The position numbers and the translations under genes were made by a program. Below are positions 41,606 to 52,597 of a stretch of 64,000 bases of DNA, piece by piece; position 1 is the stretch's first letter; every line of letters starts with the position of its first letter. Under the pieces are notes generated by a model, which had not been told where the DNA came from, searched no databases, and saw only the letters and a list, made by a program, of their open reading frames with translations. Origin of the DNA: Cirrosporium novae-zelandiae (lineage: Eukaryota); assembly GCA_026023565.1 (NCBI GenBank), contig JAPETS010000010.1, forward strand, positions 124,001-188,000, in the 5' to 3' direction.

Positions 41606-43138
41606 ATGGCAACCGGTGATGAAGGGCTATTACGAACCATAATCCCCAAGATTCCTCTCTTATGCAAAACTGCCCTCCTGCATACTTTCCGTGTTTCACA
41701 CACATCCTCGAAATGGGATCTCCGGACCGAGTTGACCATGGCCGTACTCCGATCCATACTCGATTCTGACCGACCTCTATCAGTCACCGAGCAACAAAGC
41801 CTAACGCTAAAGGACCCAGGAATCAAAGGCCGAATGTGGATCTCCAAAGTATCCTTACCCCGACCCCCGGAAGATGATGCACGCAGGGTACTACTTGAAG
41901 CCATCGACAGCATAAAAGAGGGAGACGAGTCTTACACCATACCTTCCATCTCAGATCTATCTGCAGAATGGACGGGGTATCGAGCCGGAGTGTGCAACCA
42001 CGAGCCAGAAGCACGAATCTCGGAGTCGGAAAAGTACACTCGACTAGTCGAGGAAACGACTTCGGATGCTGTGATCCTCTACTTCCATGGCGGGGCGTAC
42101 TATCTATGCGACCCGTGCTCACATCGCCCCGCCGTGGCGAAGCTTTGCCAAATGACAGGTTTCCGCGCCCTTTCAATTCGATACCGCCTGGCGCCTCAAT
42201 ACCCTTTCCCCGCAGCGTTGCTGGACGCCCTAATAGCCTACCTCTACCTCCTCGCCCCACCCATAGGCTCCCTCCACACTGCCATACCTGCCAACAAAAT
42301 AATCTTCGCGGGGGACTCTGCAGGGGGGAACATTTGCCTCGCCCTACTCCAAACCCTCCTCCAGATCCACCGTACATCCAACTCTACTACGATCCCTTTC
42401 TTCGGAACCCATACCGCGCTGCCCCTCCCCGCGGGCCTTGCTCTAACCTCCCCCTGGACCGACATAACCCGGTCCCTCCCCTCCATCCACACGAACCAAC
42501 AATACGACTACCTCCCGACACCCGAAACTTCCATGCGCCAACCGCCCTGCCCACTCTGGCCTACGACCCCAACCCGCAGCGACCTCTTCTGCGAAACCAG
42601 CATCCTAACCCACCCACTCGTATCTCCGATAGTCGCAAAGCCAAACCTCTGGACAGGCGCACCACCCGTGTTGGTCGTATGTGGTGAAGAAACCCTAGCA
42701 GATGAAGATCGCCACATGGCAGCCGTGCTGGCGAGGTCGGGCGTTAGGGTCGTGTGGGAGCAGTATGAGGCCATGCCGCATTGTTTCGGGATGGTATTTC
42801 CGGGGTTAAAGGTGTCGAAGAGGTATTGGGAGTCGCTGGCTGGGTTTTGCAGGATGGTTGTCAGTACTAGTGAGGAGGTAGGAGAAGATGATGACGATAA
42901 TAACGATGAAGACGATGACGTAACAAAAGAAGAATCAGCAGACGATGATAATAGTAACACAACAACAATAAAAACAAAAGGAACCTGGATCGCAACCGGA
43001 TGTCGCTATTCGACACCGGTGCCTGTGGAAACAGCAAGTCCGTTTTCAGATGAAGAGGTGATGGAGATGTTGATACGGGGTAAGGACAGTAGGGAAAGGG
43101 GGGAGGGGGCGTATAAAGTTAGAAGTGGTAAACTGTGA
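41606..43138 (+). CDS. HSL-family alpha/beta hydrolase (lipase/acetyl-esterase)
   Basis: YFHGGAY, YRLAPQYPFPAAL, GDSAGG nucleophile elbow, MPHCF. Confidence 0.93.
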   Translation: MATGDEGLLRTIIPKIPLLCKTALLHTFRVSHTSSKWDLRTELTMAVLRSILDSDRPLSVTEQQSLTLKDPGIKGRMWISKVSLPRPPEDDARRVLLEAIDSIKEGDESYTIPSISDLSAEWTGYRAGVCNHEPEARISESEKYTRLVEETTSDAVILYFHGGAYYLCDPCSHRPAVAKLCQMTGFRALSIRYRLAPQYPFPAALLDALIAYLYLLAPPIGSLHTAIPANKIIFAGDSAGGNICLALLQTLLQIHRTSNSTTIPFFGTHTALPLPAGLALTSPWTDITRSLPSIHTNQQYDYLPTPETSMRQPPCPLWPTTPTRSDLFCETSILTHPLVSPIVAKPNLWTGAPPVLVVCGEETLADEDRHMAAVLARSGVRVVWEQYEAMPHCFGMVFPGLKVSKRYWESLAGFCRMVVSTSEEVGEDDDDNNDEDDDVTKEESADDDNSNTTTIKTKGTWIATGCRYSTPVPVETASPFSDEEVMEMLIRGKDSRERGEGAYKVRSGKL

Positions 43139-43929
43139 TTGATGGATACATAGATATCTATCTATACACCTTTTTTGACCTTTGAGAAAGGGGGAAGGGG
43201 GAGTATGAGATTTCTCATATATATATATCTTAGGTTAGGATATTTTCTATATTTTCTGGATAACTAACTACATTTAATCAGAGGATGGGTATAAAGCAAA
43301 AAAACAAAGCTCATTACTGTGATTAGCTATTCTGTTTATATAGGGGCTCGGGTGTAGGTAACTATGTTATATCTCCCTTCCTTCCTCCCTCTCTCCCTCT
43401 TTCTCCTAACACCCTCAAGTGGTAGAAGTAGTTCGCGGATATCTATACCCCACATACCACATCCACATCCACATCCACGTCCTTTTTCGACTTAGTTTAA
43501 TTACCTGGTTACCTAGGTAGGGTAGGAAAGGGTAAGAAGGGGGCAAGAAAGGTGTTGGCTTTGTCTTGTCTTGTTTTCCCTTTTAACAACATATCCTAAT
43601 ACTTGAATATTGCCGGGGGGGGGGGAAGGTATATCCACTCAAGTAAGTAGTGGTGGATATGTGGATATCTATAATTTAATTGCTTTTATATGTCTACGTC
43701 TACGGCCCCCCCCCCTTTTTTTTTTAGGGTTTAGGGATTAAGGGTTCGTTGGACGTTGGGCTGTTAGATTGTCGAAGCATTCGGTTAAGGATAGAATAGA
43801 ATGGAATTAAAAAAAAAGGGGGATATTTGTTCGTTTGGCTTTTGGGCTTTTTTTGACTTTTCTAACGTTATTATTATTCTTATTCTTGTTATATTTTACT
43901 GTATGTATGTATGTATGGATGTATGGATA

Positions 43930-43975
43930 TACATACATACATACATACATACATACATACATACATACATACATA
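43930..43975. repeat. (TACA)n microsatellite
   Basis: Direct reading. Confidence 0.9.
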
Positions 43976-45187
43976 ATCCCCTCCCCCCCCCCCCCTACAC
44001 ATAGCTACTAAGTAATTATGCAAGGTAATTTGCGTACACGTATAAGTACAAGTACTTTCCTCCGTTTACTTTGCGTCCCGTATCCTACATCCCATATCCT
44101 ATATCCCACCTATCCTACCTTCCTATACAGTACGTACGCTCCAATTAAAAGACCCATACGCCCATAACTTCCACACTCCCACTCCCACACTTCCACGTAA
44201 ACCATTAGCCATAACCTCCCCAACCCTAATCTTTTATTTATTTACCCAAACCCCCAAATCCAATTCCTATCTCTCCTCCCCCCCCCACCCCTAGGGAAGG
44301 GGAGGGGAAGGTATAAGAATAAGAATGAAAAGAAAGAGATGTTTACTATATATTTATTTATTTTTTATTATGTAGTCTATATGTGAAATTATTATCATTT
44401 CCATTCCCTTATTCATCCGACCCTCTAATCTGCTCCCTCTGCTTTAGTCCATATTTAAAATTTTAAAAATTTCCTTATTAAACAATTTAACATCCTCCCC
44501 TCCACCACCCCTCTCCCTACCCACCCAGCCAGCTATTCAACCACTTAGGCATGTATATATTTTTAAGTTTAGATCTCTATGTTCCTATAGACTATAGAAT
44601 CGGGACTTCAGGGTTGGGACTTTGGGACTTTGGGTTTAGGGTATGGGATATAGGATATGGAATATAGAATAACGGGGAGGAGAGGGGTGGGGTAGATTGA
44701 TAGTTAGAAAAAGGAGTTATTCTTGATTTTCATTGTCCGCCATAATTTTTGAAGCGGCCATGTAAACATAAAACAGTGAATTATCATCATTCTTATTTTT
44801 CCTATAAAATGGGCTCCTATATGGGTGGGTGGGTAGGTGGGTATGTCTCTCTTCTTCTTCTTTCCCTCTCCTTCCTTACCCCATATTCTTCTTTTGCCTT
44901 CATAAGAGACGTTAAGGGGAGTTAACTCGTTCAAGGGGATGGAAATGGAGACGGAGGGTAGAATTAATTCGGGTTGGAAGAGAACTTATAGTATATACTG
45001 TAATTCCAGGGGAAGGGGGGAGAAGGGGGCCAGTGAATGGGTAGTGGGTAGTGGTGATTTGAGATTACCAGATACCAATTAAAAAAAAGGAAAGAAAAAG
45101 AAAATCCTGGAATTAAATCCCTCCCCCCCCTTTCCCTCTAGCCCCCTACAAACCCAACTCTACTTCCCCCATCCTTATCCCATTCCT

Positions 45188-47003
45188 CTACACACCTCCA
45201 CCTCCATCAACAGGCAAGCACCTAACCATAAGCGGTCCCTTCTCCCAAAGCTGATAAGTCTCCTGCCTCAACCACATATCATCCGGATCCACAAGCTCCA
45301 AATTAAAATGAAACAACATCTTTGTGAGCATGAGACGGATTTCTGCGTATGCGAGACTATTTCCGTATTAGTGTTATGGTGTGTATAGTGTGTATAATGG
45401 GAAAGGAAGGGGGAATACGTACTTTTTCCCAAGGCAGTTTCGGGGGCCAACGCTAAAGGGCTGGAGAACGTCGCGGGCGTCGGAGTCATAATTTGGATCG
45501 TCGAGCCAGCGTTCGGGGATGTAGGATTCGGGATCTGTGAAGTTGGTTGGGGAGTGGGAGGCGGCGTATTGGGTTACCGTGAGGGTTGTCTGTTTGGGGA
45601 GGGGGTTTTAGTTGCATGGGTGGAATTGGGTGGAGCTGATTGATTTGATGGGTAGAATAGGTGGAATTGGGTTTGGGCTTGAGTGTTTAATGGGTTTAAT
45701 GTGCTTACCCCTTCAGGAACCCATTTCCCATCAACGACGTATCCACCCTTTGGTACAACTCGGCCTAGGCCAACGGGCACCGGAGGGTAGATTCGAAACG
45801 CTTCTTCGATGCAGCCATGCATATACCGTAAGCGACTGGCGCTTTCAATGGTAATGTCTTCGTCCCTTTGAAATGTGCTCCTCACTTCCTCCACAAGTTT
45901 GGTCATAGTTCTTGGGTTCTTGAGTAAAAGGTATGTAGCTCCGGACATCAGAGTAGCGGTGGTCTCACTACCCGCGATGACCAATATTATTGAATTCCCT
46001 TCGATGTGCTCCAGACTCATTCTCCGTGTCGGGTCTTTTTCCTTGAGGATGTTGCTCAGAAAATCCGGCCGTTCGATTTTGTAAGCCAGCCGTCTTTGAA
46101 CTCGCTCCCGGGTCATCCTTTGGAAATAATAAAGTTTCTCTAGAAGGTTTGCGGGGGTGAGCCATTTCGCTAACCTCGAGGTGCCAGGAATATGCTGCAT
46201 GGCTCTGTTGTAAGCATGTGCTTTGATGGATGTATATACCGATTTGACCCAATCGTGATAGCCCTCACTGTCGAGACAGTGGAAGGACTCCGCGAATATA
46301 AAATCGCCCATAATATCAAAGGTGGTAAAGTTGTACCAAGAGACAACATCGAGAGGCGTTTCGCCACCATGAGAATTTTTCTTCAACTTCTCAATCATTG
46401 AATCCACGTAGCTTTTGATGAGCGCTTCCTGCTCCTTCAGCGACCGGTTTGAAAATCCATGTGACAATTGACGTCGAACACGATTATGATCCTCGCGATT
46501 TGCAATAAGGAGGCTTTCACCAAGGCTCGCGTTAGTGTACCATTTGCTACTTTTCGCCATTTCAAGTTCTCCGACACGTCGATGACCATAAATGTTTTTC
46601 CAGGCTTCAGCTGAAATATAAGAGAGCTCGTCGGGGGCGATTCGAACCACTGGGCCATATTTTTCATGGAGATTGAATATCTGGAGGTGGTAGGAACCAT
46701 TGACTTGGGCACGGAGCCAGAGGATGTTGGTAGCAGCCCACGATTTGGGGCCGGGGTAAGTGGAGAGGGAGTGAAAGTAGATGTTATAGATAATAAGACC
46801 CAGGAGATATATTAGAGACTGTCATATTCAATGTTAGTTCTTGGCCTCATCTGCAAATTGCAATGATGGGTATTCACAAAAAGGATAAAAGAGCAAATTA
46901 TGATGATGGTATTGCCATGTCCTGCGAGGGGAATAGCAGTGGAGCCACCATCAACCATAGCTGACTGCATTGTTGATCCAGTCGTGTTAATTTGCAATGA
47001 CAT
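45188..47003 (-). CDS. Cytochrome P450, CYP65/Tri11-like, 3 introns (start codon uncertain, 47003 or a downstream ATG)
   Basis: YPGPK, KYGPVVRIAPDELSY, AGSETTAT, EAFRIYPP, PERW, heme motif PFSVGPRNCLG, LWEKGPLMV. Confidence 0.93.
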
Positions 47004-47856
47004 AACAGTATCTAGTAGATGAAAGGAGTCAAAGATAGGAGACTCTCAGGTAGGAAACCCTTGGTTAAAGCAAACATAGGAATCAACAACCTGTAATTGA
47101 GGTTTCCTTGGTCTTTTTATATCCATGGCATCAATGGTATCAAGAAGGAAGTTGAAAGAATAAAAATTGTTGGGATCTCGGGATGCCGAAATTTTACAGA
47201 GCGAATAGAAATATTGAAGAGTTCAATAGACATGCAAAATATGAAGAAAGTAGAAGGGAATTACTGTATAGTGTGGAATATTGGCATGGGTTAAAGAATT
47301 GATACACAGTTCTGTATATGTAGGTTTATCTGTGGGGCCAGAAATCTTCATGTGCTCCATGTGGTTGTGGTCCGGGTTAGTAATATCCCGTCCCCCCTTC
47401 GTTAATCGAAGGGTTATATAGGTCGATTATAGGCGAGCGGCCAAACCCCCTGCTGTCGTATCGCTGTTGGATTTTCAAGTACTTCAAGTGACCTGATGCA
47501 TATTAATTGTTTAGTCTATGTGCCAGCCTAGACAAATAAAATCCGGACGAATCGAAATAATGAATTACCGACTGGCCAACCTACTCAAGTACCTATGTAG
47601 CGCTAAGCCACCATTACCCCTCGATCATGTCCCTGAGTTTTCAATAAAGGTAATCAGCATCACGATGCGGAGACACGAGAGGTTAAATAACGAAGAGAGA
47701 CCCGAGGTTGGATTATTTCATCAAGCAGTGATGCCGTGAGCCTGCTTAGAAAGCAACAGTAATCAAAATAGGTGCCTGTTATATAAAGTCAATAGAGCCA
47801 ACTCGCTGTGTCCGACTACGGGCAAAGGACCAGTATACAAAACATTAATCAACGTC

Positions 47857-49057
47857 ATGCCAAAGATTTTCTTGTGAGTAAAATAAACCTTGTATTGGAT
47901 CGTCGGACTGAACTATTATAATTTAGCGTTGGAGCCACAGGCCGGATTGGAGGAACAGTCCTCCAGGCCATTGTAGAGAAGTATCAGAGTAAAATCGACC
48001 TAAGTGCCTTGGTCAGAGACAAGGAAAAAGGAAAGATGCTAGTAAAACGATACGCTCGCATAACTCTTGTCGTTGGGAGCCTAGAAGACCTCGATTTGAT
48101 CGAGGCTGCCGCAAACGAAGCAGATATCGTCATAAGTAAGTGCCCCACTCCCAAAAAGGTAGCTTGACCTATATCATGTTCATGGTATGATAGACTGCGC
48201 ATGGGATATCGGGCACGAGGCAGGGATAAAAGCTATCATTCGAGGACTAGCCAAGCGACCGAAAGGATATTATATCCACACTTCTGGGGCTGCTGCCATT
48301 TCTGACGAACCCTCCGGGAGCATAGCTGGAAAGAAGATTTGGGACGATGTGACTGATATTGCAGAACTCACATCGCTACCAGATACTGCCTATCATAGAG
48401 TCACAGATAAGGTGAGAACCTCATGAAGAAAAATAGAGGCATTTCAGACATGGATTCCAGAGTTGTGCTGATCTAGAATGATAATAGATTGTATTAGCCA
48501 CCCACCCAAACGTGAATACTGCAATCATTTCACCAGGATCCGTCTATGGTATTGATCCTCTGACTGAGCATCCCCCCATGACGTTTCCCTGGATCTTGCC
48601 AATTGCGCGGCAGCTTCACACTGGCTTCACCATCTCCGAGGGCATCAATATTGTGTCGCTAGTCCATCTCTATGACCTGGCCCGTCTTTTTCTTTTATTG
48701 GTGTCGAATGCACTCGGGGAATATCGGGCGAATGTGCCCCAGAGCGAAATTTGGGGACCAGAAGCATACTATTTCGCTGCCGCATATGAATGTTCGTTTA
48801 GAGACTTCATGACTGCGATATTGCCTCTTTTAAAGGAACGAGGGATCGTGAAAAGTGAAACGATTGAACAGCTAGATCTCAGAGAGGCCCAAAAATTGGG
48901 CGGACGATTTTTCGCAATCGCTTTTGGAACCAACATGCGAATTCGTAGTAGTCGGGCCAAAAAATTCTTAAAATGGCAACCAGAAATGCCTGCTCCCTTG
49001 GATATGGATACACTCAAGCAAGCAATCGAACTGGCATTGAAACAGGAAAATCAGTAA
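47857..49057 (+). CDS. NAD(P)-dependent epimerase/dehydratase-like atypical SDR, 3 introns
   Basis: MPKIFFVGATGRIGG Rossmann motif; YIHTSGAA; HRVTDK; VHLYDLARLF; SSRAKKFLKW. Confidence 0.88.
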
Positions 49058-49583
49058 AGACAGGCATGTTGATGAGGGGTCAAACCAGGAGTTGATGTAT
49101 TGACGAGGTTTGTATAATGTTGAGCCTTGGTCCGAGCTTGAGCATTTGCCGATGTCATGGAATACCGAATGGCCAGTATTCAAATCAACTTTCAACACAT
49201 TTCTTGTATCTCATATGTATAAGAATGAACTGGGAATAATAATGGGAGTCGACGGGGAGAATATTGCCTTGTCCTCATCTTGGCATTTTCGAAGCGAGTG
49301 CGGGCCCAGGCATGTGGGTTGGGTCTATAATGAATGCTTTTATTTCTACTTGAGTACAACATGTCTACCATAGATACCAGAGGACCAAACACCTACCTTG
49401 TATCATGTTCGAACCACAATTGCTTGACCATTAGTCTTTTTTTGCCCGAGAAAATCATGGCCCACAACGCCTTCTCTAAAACAGATATATTCCACCAATG
49501 AATCAGTTCTGGTACAATCATTTGCTGCTAGAAGAGCCATCCAAAATGCCTCTTCATTAGAATCTTCACATATGCAAAGTTGG

Positions 49584-51705
49584 CTAGATCGTCACCCCGT
49601 TCATACCATTCGTAAGCTCTCCATCAACTGCATCGTTAGCCAACACCTGCTTCTTCATAACCTGATCAAGGACACCGGCACTTGCGGCGACAAATCCCAA
49701 ATAAGGCATGCTTGGTTTCAGGACACGGCTAAGGTATTCCGGATGAAACTGAACACCAACAAACCAAGGATGATCCTTCAGCTCAAGGATCTCCATTCTT
49801 TCACCCTTATCATCCTTGCCAATGAAGGTTAATCCAGCTTTGTTCAACTGATCGACATAGCTTGGATTCACCTCATATCGGTGACGATGACGTTCTAATA
49901 TTGACCCCTTGGAGGAACCGTAGAGTGCTCGTAGTTTAGACCAAGACGAATCCGGTTGCCATTCTGTTGGACGTACACCCAACCTCATCGTGCCACCGAG
50001 ATGCTCCTTGTCAATTTCGGGCATGAAAATCACAACTTTGTGTTCAGCCTTAGAATTCAATTCTTCAGAATTCAACTCTTCAGAAATCAACTCTTCAGAA
50101 CATGCATTTTGGATACCACAAACATTCCGCGCATATTCAATCACGGCGATTTGCATGCCCAAACAGATTCCAAGATATGGAACTTTGTTTGTACGAGCCC
50201 AATTCGCAGCCTTGATCATGCCTTCCGTGCCTCGTAGCCCGAAGCCTCCGGGTACGAGGATTCCTTGGGCAGTGCAAACGGTGTGCCAGGCTTTATGATA
50301 ATCCCCCGCCGCGTTTTCCTGCGTGATAGGCTCTAGGTGAGTAGCATCAACCCAAACCAGATTAAGCTTCCGTCTGCAACTCATGGCGGCATGCTCAAGA
50401 GATTTGATGACAGAGAGATAAGAATCTTTCAAATTCGTATATTTGCCAACTAGGGCGATGGTAACGGTATCGAAAAGCCGTGTCTGTGAGGTAGTAAGAG
50501 TTGTCCATTGCCTCCAAATATCATGGCCCTTTGCTACGAGTGTTGGAGGGATAGTCAGAGCGTTAAGCTTGAGCGATTCATTAAGAAGGTTGATCATTCC
50601 CTGCTCCTCGAGAAGTAGGGGGACATGATAGGTGCTCTCTACATCGTGAACCGCCAATACCTGCTCAGGCGTCACTTGACAGAACATGGCGATTTTGTTC
50701 GTAGTGGCCTTTTCCAAGCTCTGGCTGCAGCGACATGCGATCTGAATGAAGGCTTAGCGACTACTATTTGGCGAGAACATCTAGATATACTCACTAAATC
50801 CGGGCTTAAGCCGGCTGTATAATGGTTAGCATTGATTTGAAACTATAATTAGCAAAGAGGTTATAACCTACCTGAGCGTACGTCCCGGATCGCTTGTTGG
50901 GTTGGCTTGGTCTTTTGTTCATCGTTGATGACGGGCACTAACGATACATGGATCTGCATGAAATTGCCTGCACCAACTCTTAACCGCAATTGTCTCATCG
51001 ATTCAACGAATGGTCCACTCTCGATATCACCGACAGTACCTCCGAGTTCGATGATGCAGGCATCAGGCTCCTCGTTGGTCTCATCCACTGGAATCCTGGC
51101 TACCCGCTCGATCCAATCTTGGACTGCCCCTGTCAAGTGGGGCACGACCTGAACGGTGTGACCAAGGTATTCACCTCGACGTTCCCGTTCAATAACGTGC
51201 ATATATATTTTCCCGGTTGTGATATTATTCTCCCGAGTCAAGGTGATGTTCAAGTATCGCTCATAGTTTCCAAGATCAAGGTCAACTTCCCCTCCATCAT
51301 CGAGAACAAAGACCTCCCCATGTTCGGTAGGGGCCATGGTACCGGCATCGACGTTCATATAAGGATCGATCTTGATTGATGAGACGTGCTGATAGAGTCA
51401 GCAAAAATCGAAGCTTTGACGTTCATGATGAACATATCTTAAGCCCAATGGTCTTCAGCAACAGACCAGTAGAAGAGGCTAAGAATTCGTAAGTGATGAC
51501 ATAGACTATCTGCACACTCAAATTATTCATACCAATGACACCCTTCCCAATACCGCTGATCACACCTTGGATTTATTAGACATGGTCCTCGATAATAACC
51601 TAAGATGACCAAGAGAGTGGCATACCTCCAGATACTAGATAAGAGTCAGCGACGGTGGGGAAGTGGAAATAGAGACAAAAGATCCTCACCTAAAACATAC
51701 TTCAT
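49584..51705 (-). CDS. URA7: CTP synthase, 6 introns including a 9-nt microexon and an AT-AC intron
   Basis: [78 protein letters not shown]. Confidence 0.98.
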
Positions 51706-52597
51706 CTTGGCGATTTTGATAGATAATCCTGAAGCTATAACGAGTGTTTAGAGAGCTTTAGGTGCCTTTCCTGGCTTTGGCCAGGTGGGATTTCGAAAAT
51801 AGAAAATTTTTGGTGATGGCGAGTATTAAATATTACCGAAACACGTCTAATCGCGATTAGCTCCCACCCCACGCTGGCCCCAAAATAAGCAGAACTCACG
51901 AACTTGGATTAGTTATATATTCCCAAAAAATTCTAATATGACAATTACAATTAACCGGACTATACTTTGCTCAAAAATGATTTTTCGGAGGCCGAAGGTG
52001 AGTCGTATAACTTATTTGAATATGTATCCACGACAGCCTCCCCAGGGGAAAAAACAAAAAAACAAAATTGTGAGTCCCACCTCCCCACCTGATTCCTGGC
52101 GCGTCATCTGCTATTAGTTAAAACATTACACCATTAATTTCTACCTACTTCAATTTTTATATTGGACCGTTTAGGACTCGACTTCAAAGACAATAGTACC
52201 ATCCATGTAGTAAACCATTGGACATCCTTTCATTCCTCTTTGTTAACCACTTACTCTCATCTACTGTCGTTACCTAGGTGGATCGTAGTCATGTACAGTA
52301 CAGTATACAAGAGATTAGGTCCAAGTGAAATCAGGAAGTCGCAACAAATATTAAATATAGATTCTTATTTTATGAATAAACGTGCATAGTACACGGTGAA
52401 TATCTAGAAAGTGCTAGAGTTTCAAGTATCCGAGTTTTCATCCGTCTGGACTTAAAATCATAGTCCATCGGTGATTTGCCCTACCAATCCGACGAGGAAC
52501 CTTTGTAATACCATCGAAGAAATTGAAATCCATGAATGGCTCCTTTTTCACAGGATATAACCAATCCTAAAAGTACGCCTGGATACCGCCAAGGACT

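Noticed and set aside
41823..42960. Long overlapping and antisense ORFs within the esterase gene (similar ones overlap other genes)
   Set aside because: Shadow frames caused by codon bias, with no recognisable motifs.
43720..43748. TTAGGG-like interstitial telomere repeat
   Set aside because: Only 2-3 degenerate units in low-complexity DNA.
44091..44660. 17-bp inverted match CCATATCCTATATCCCA / TGGGATATAGGATATGG
   Set aside because: Low-complexity sequence, and the match does not extend.
51386..51437. GT donor (GTTCAT) or U12-type reading of the URA7 intron
   Set aside because: The GT option is out of frame, and the U12 consensus sequences (ATATCC, TCCTTAAC) are absent.
51800..51825. RRPE-like GAAAATTTTT upstream of URA7
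   Set aside because: Plausible, but too short and AT-rich to support from sequence alone.
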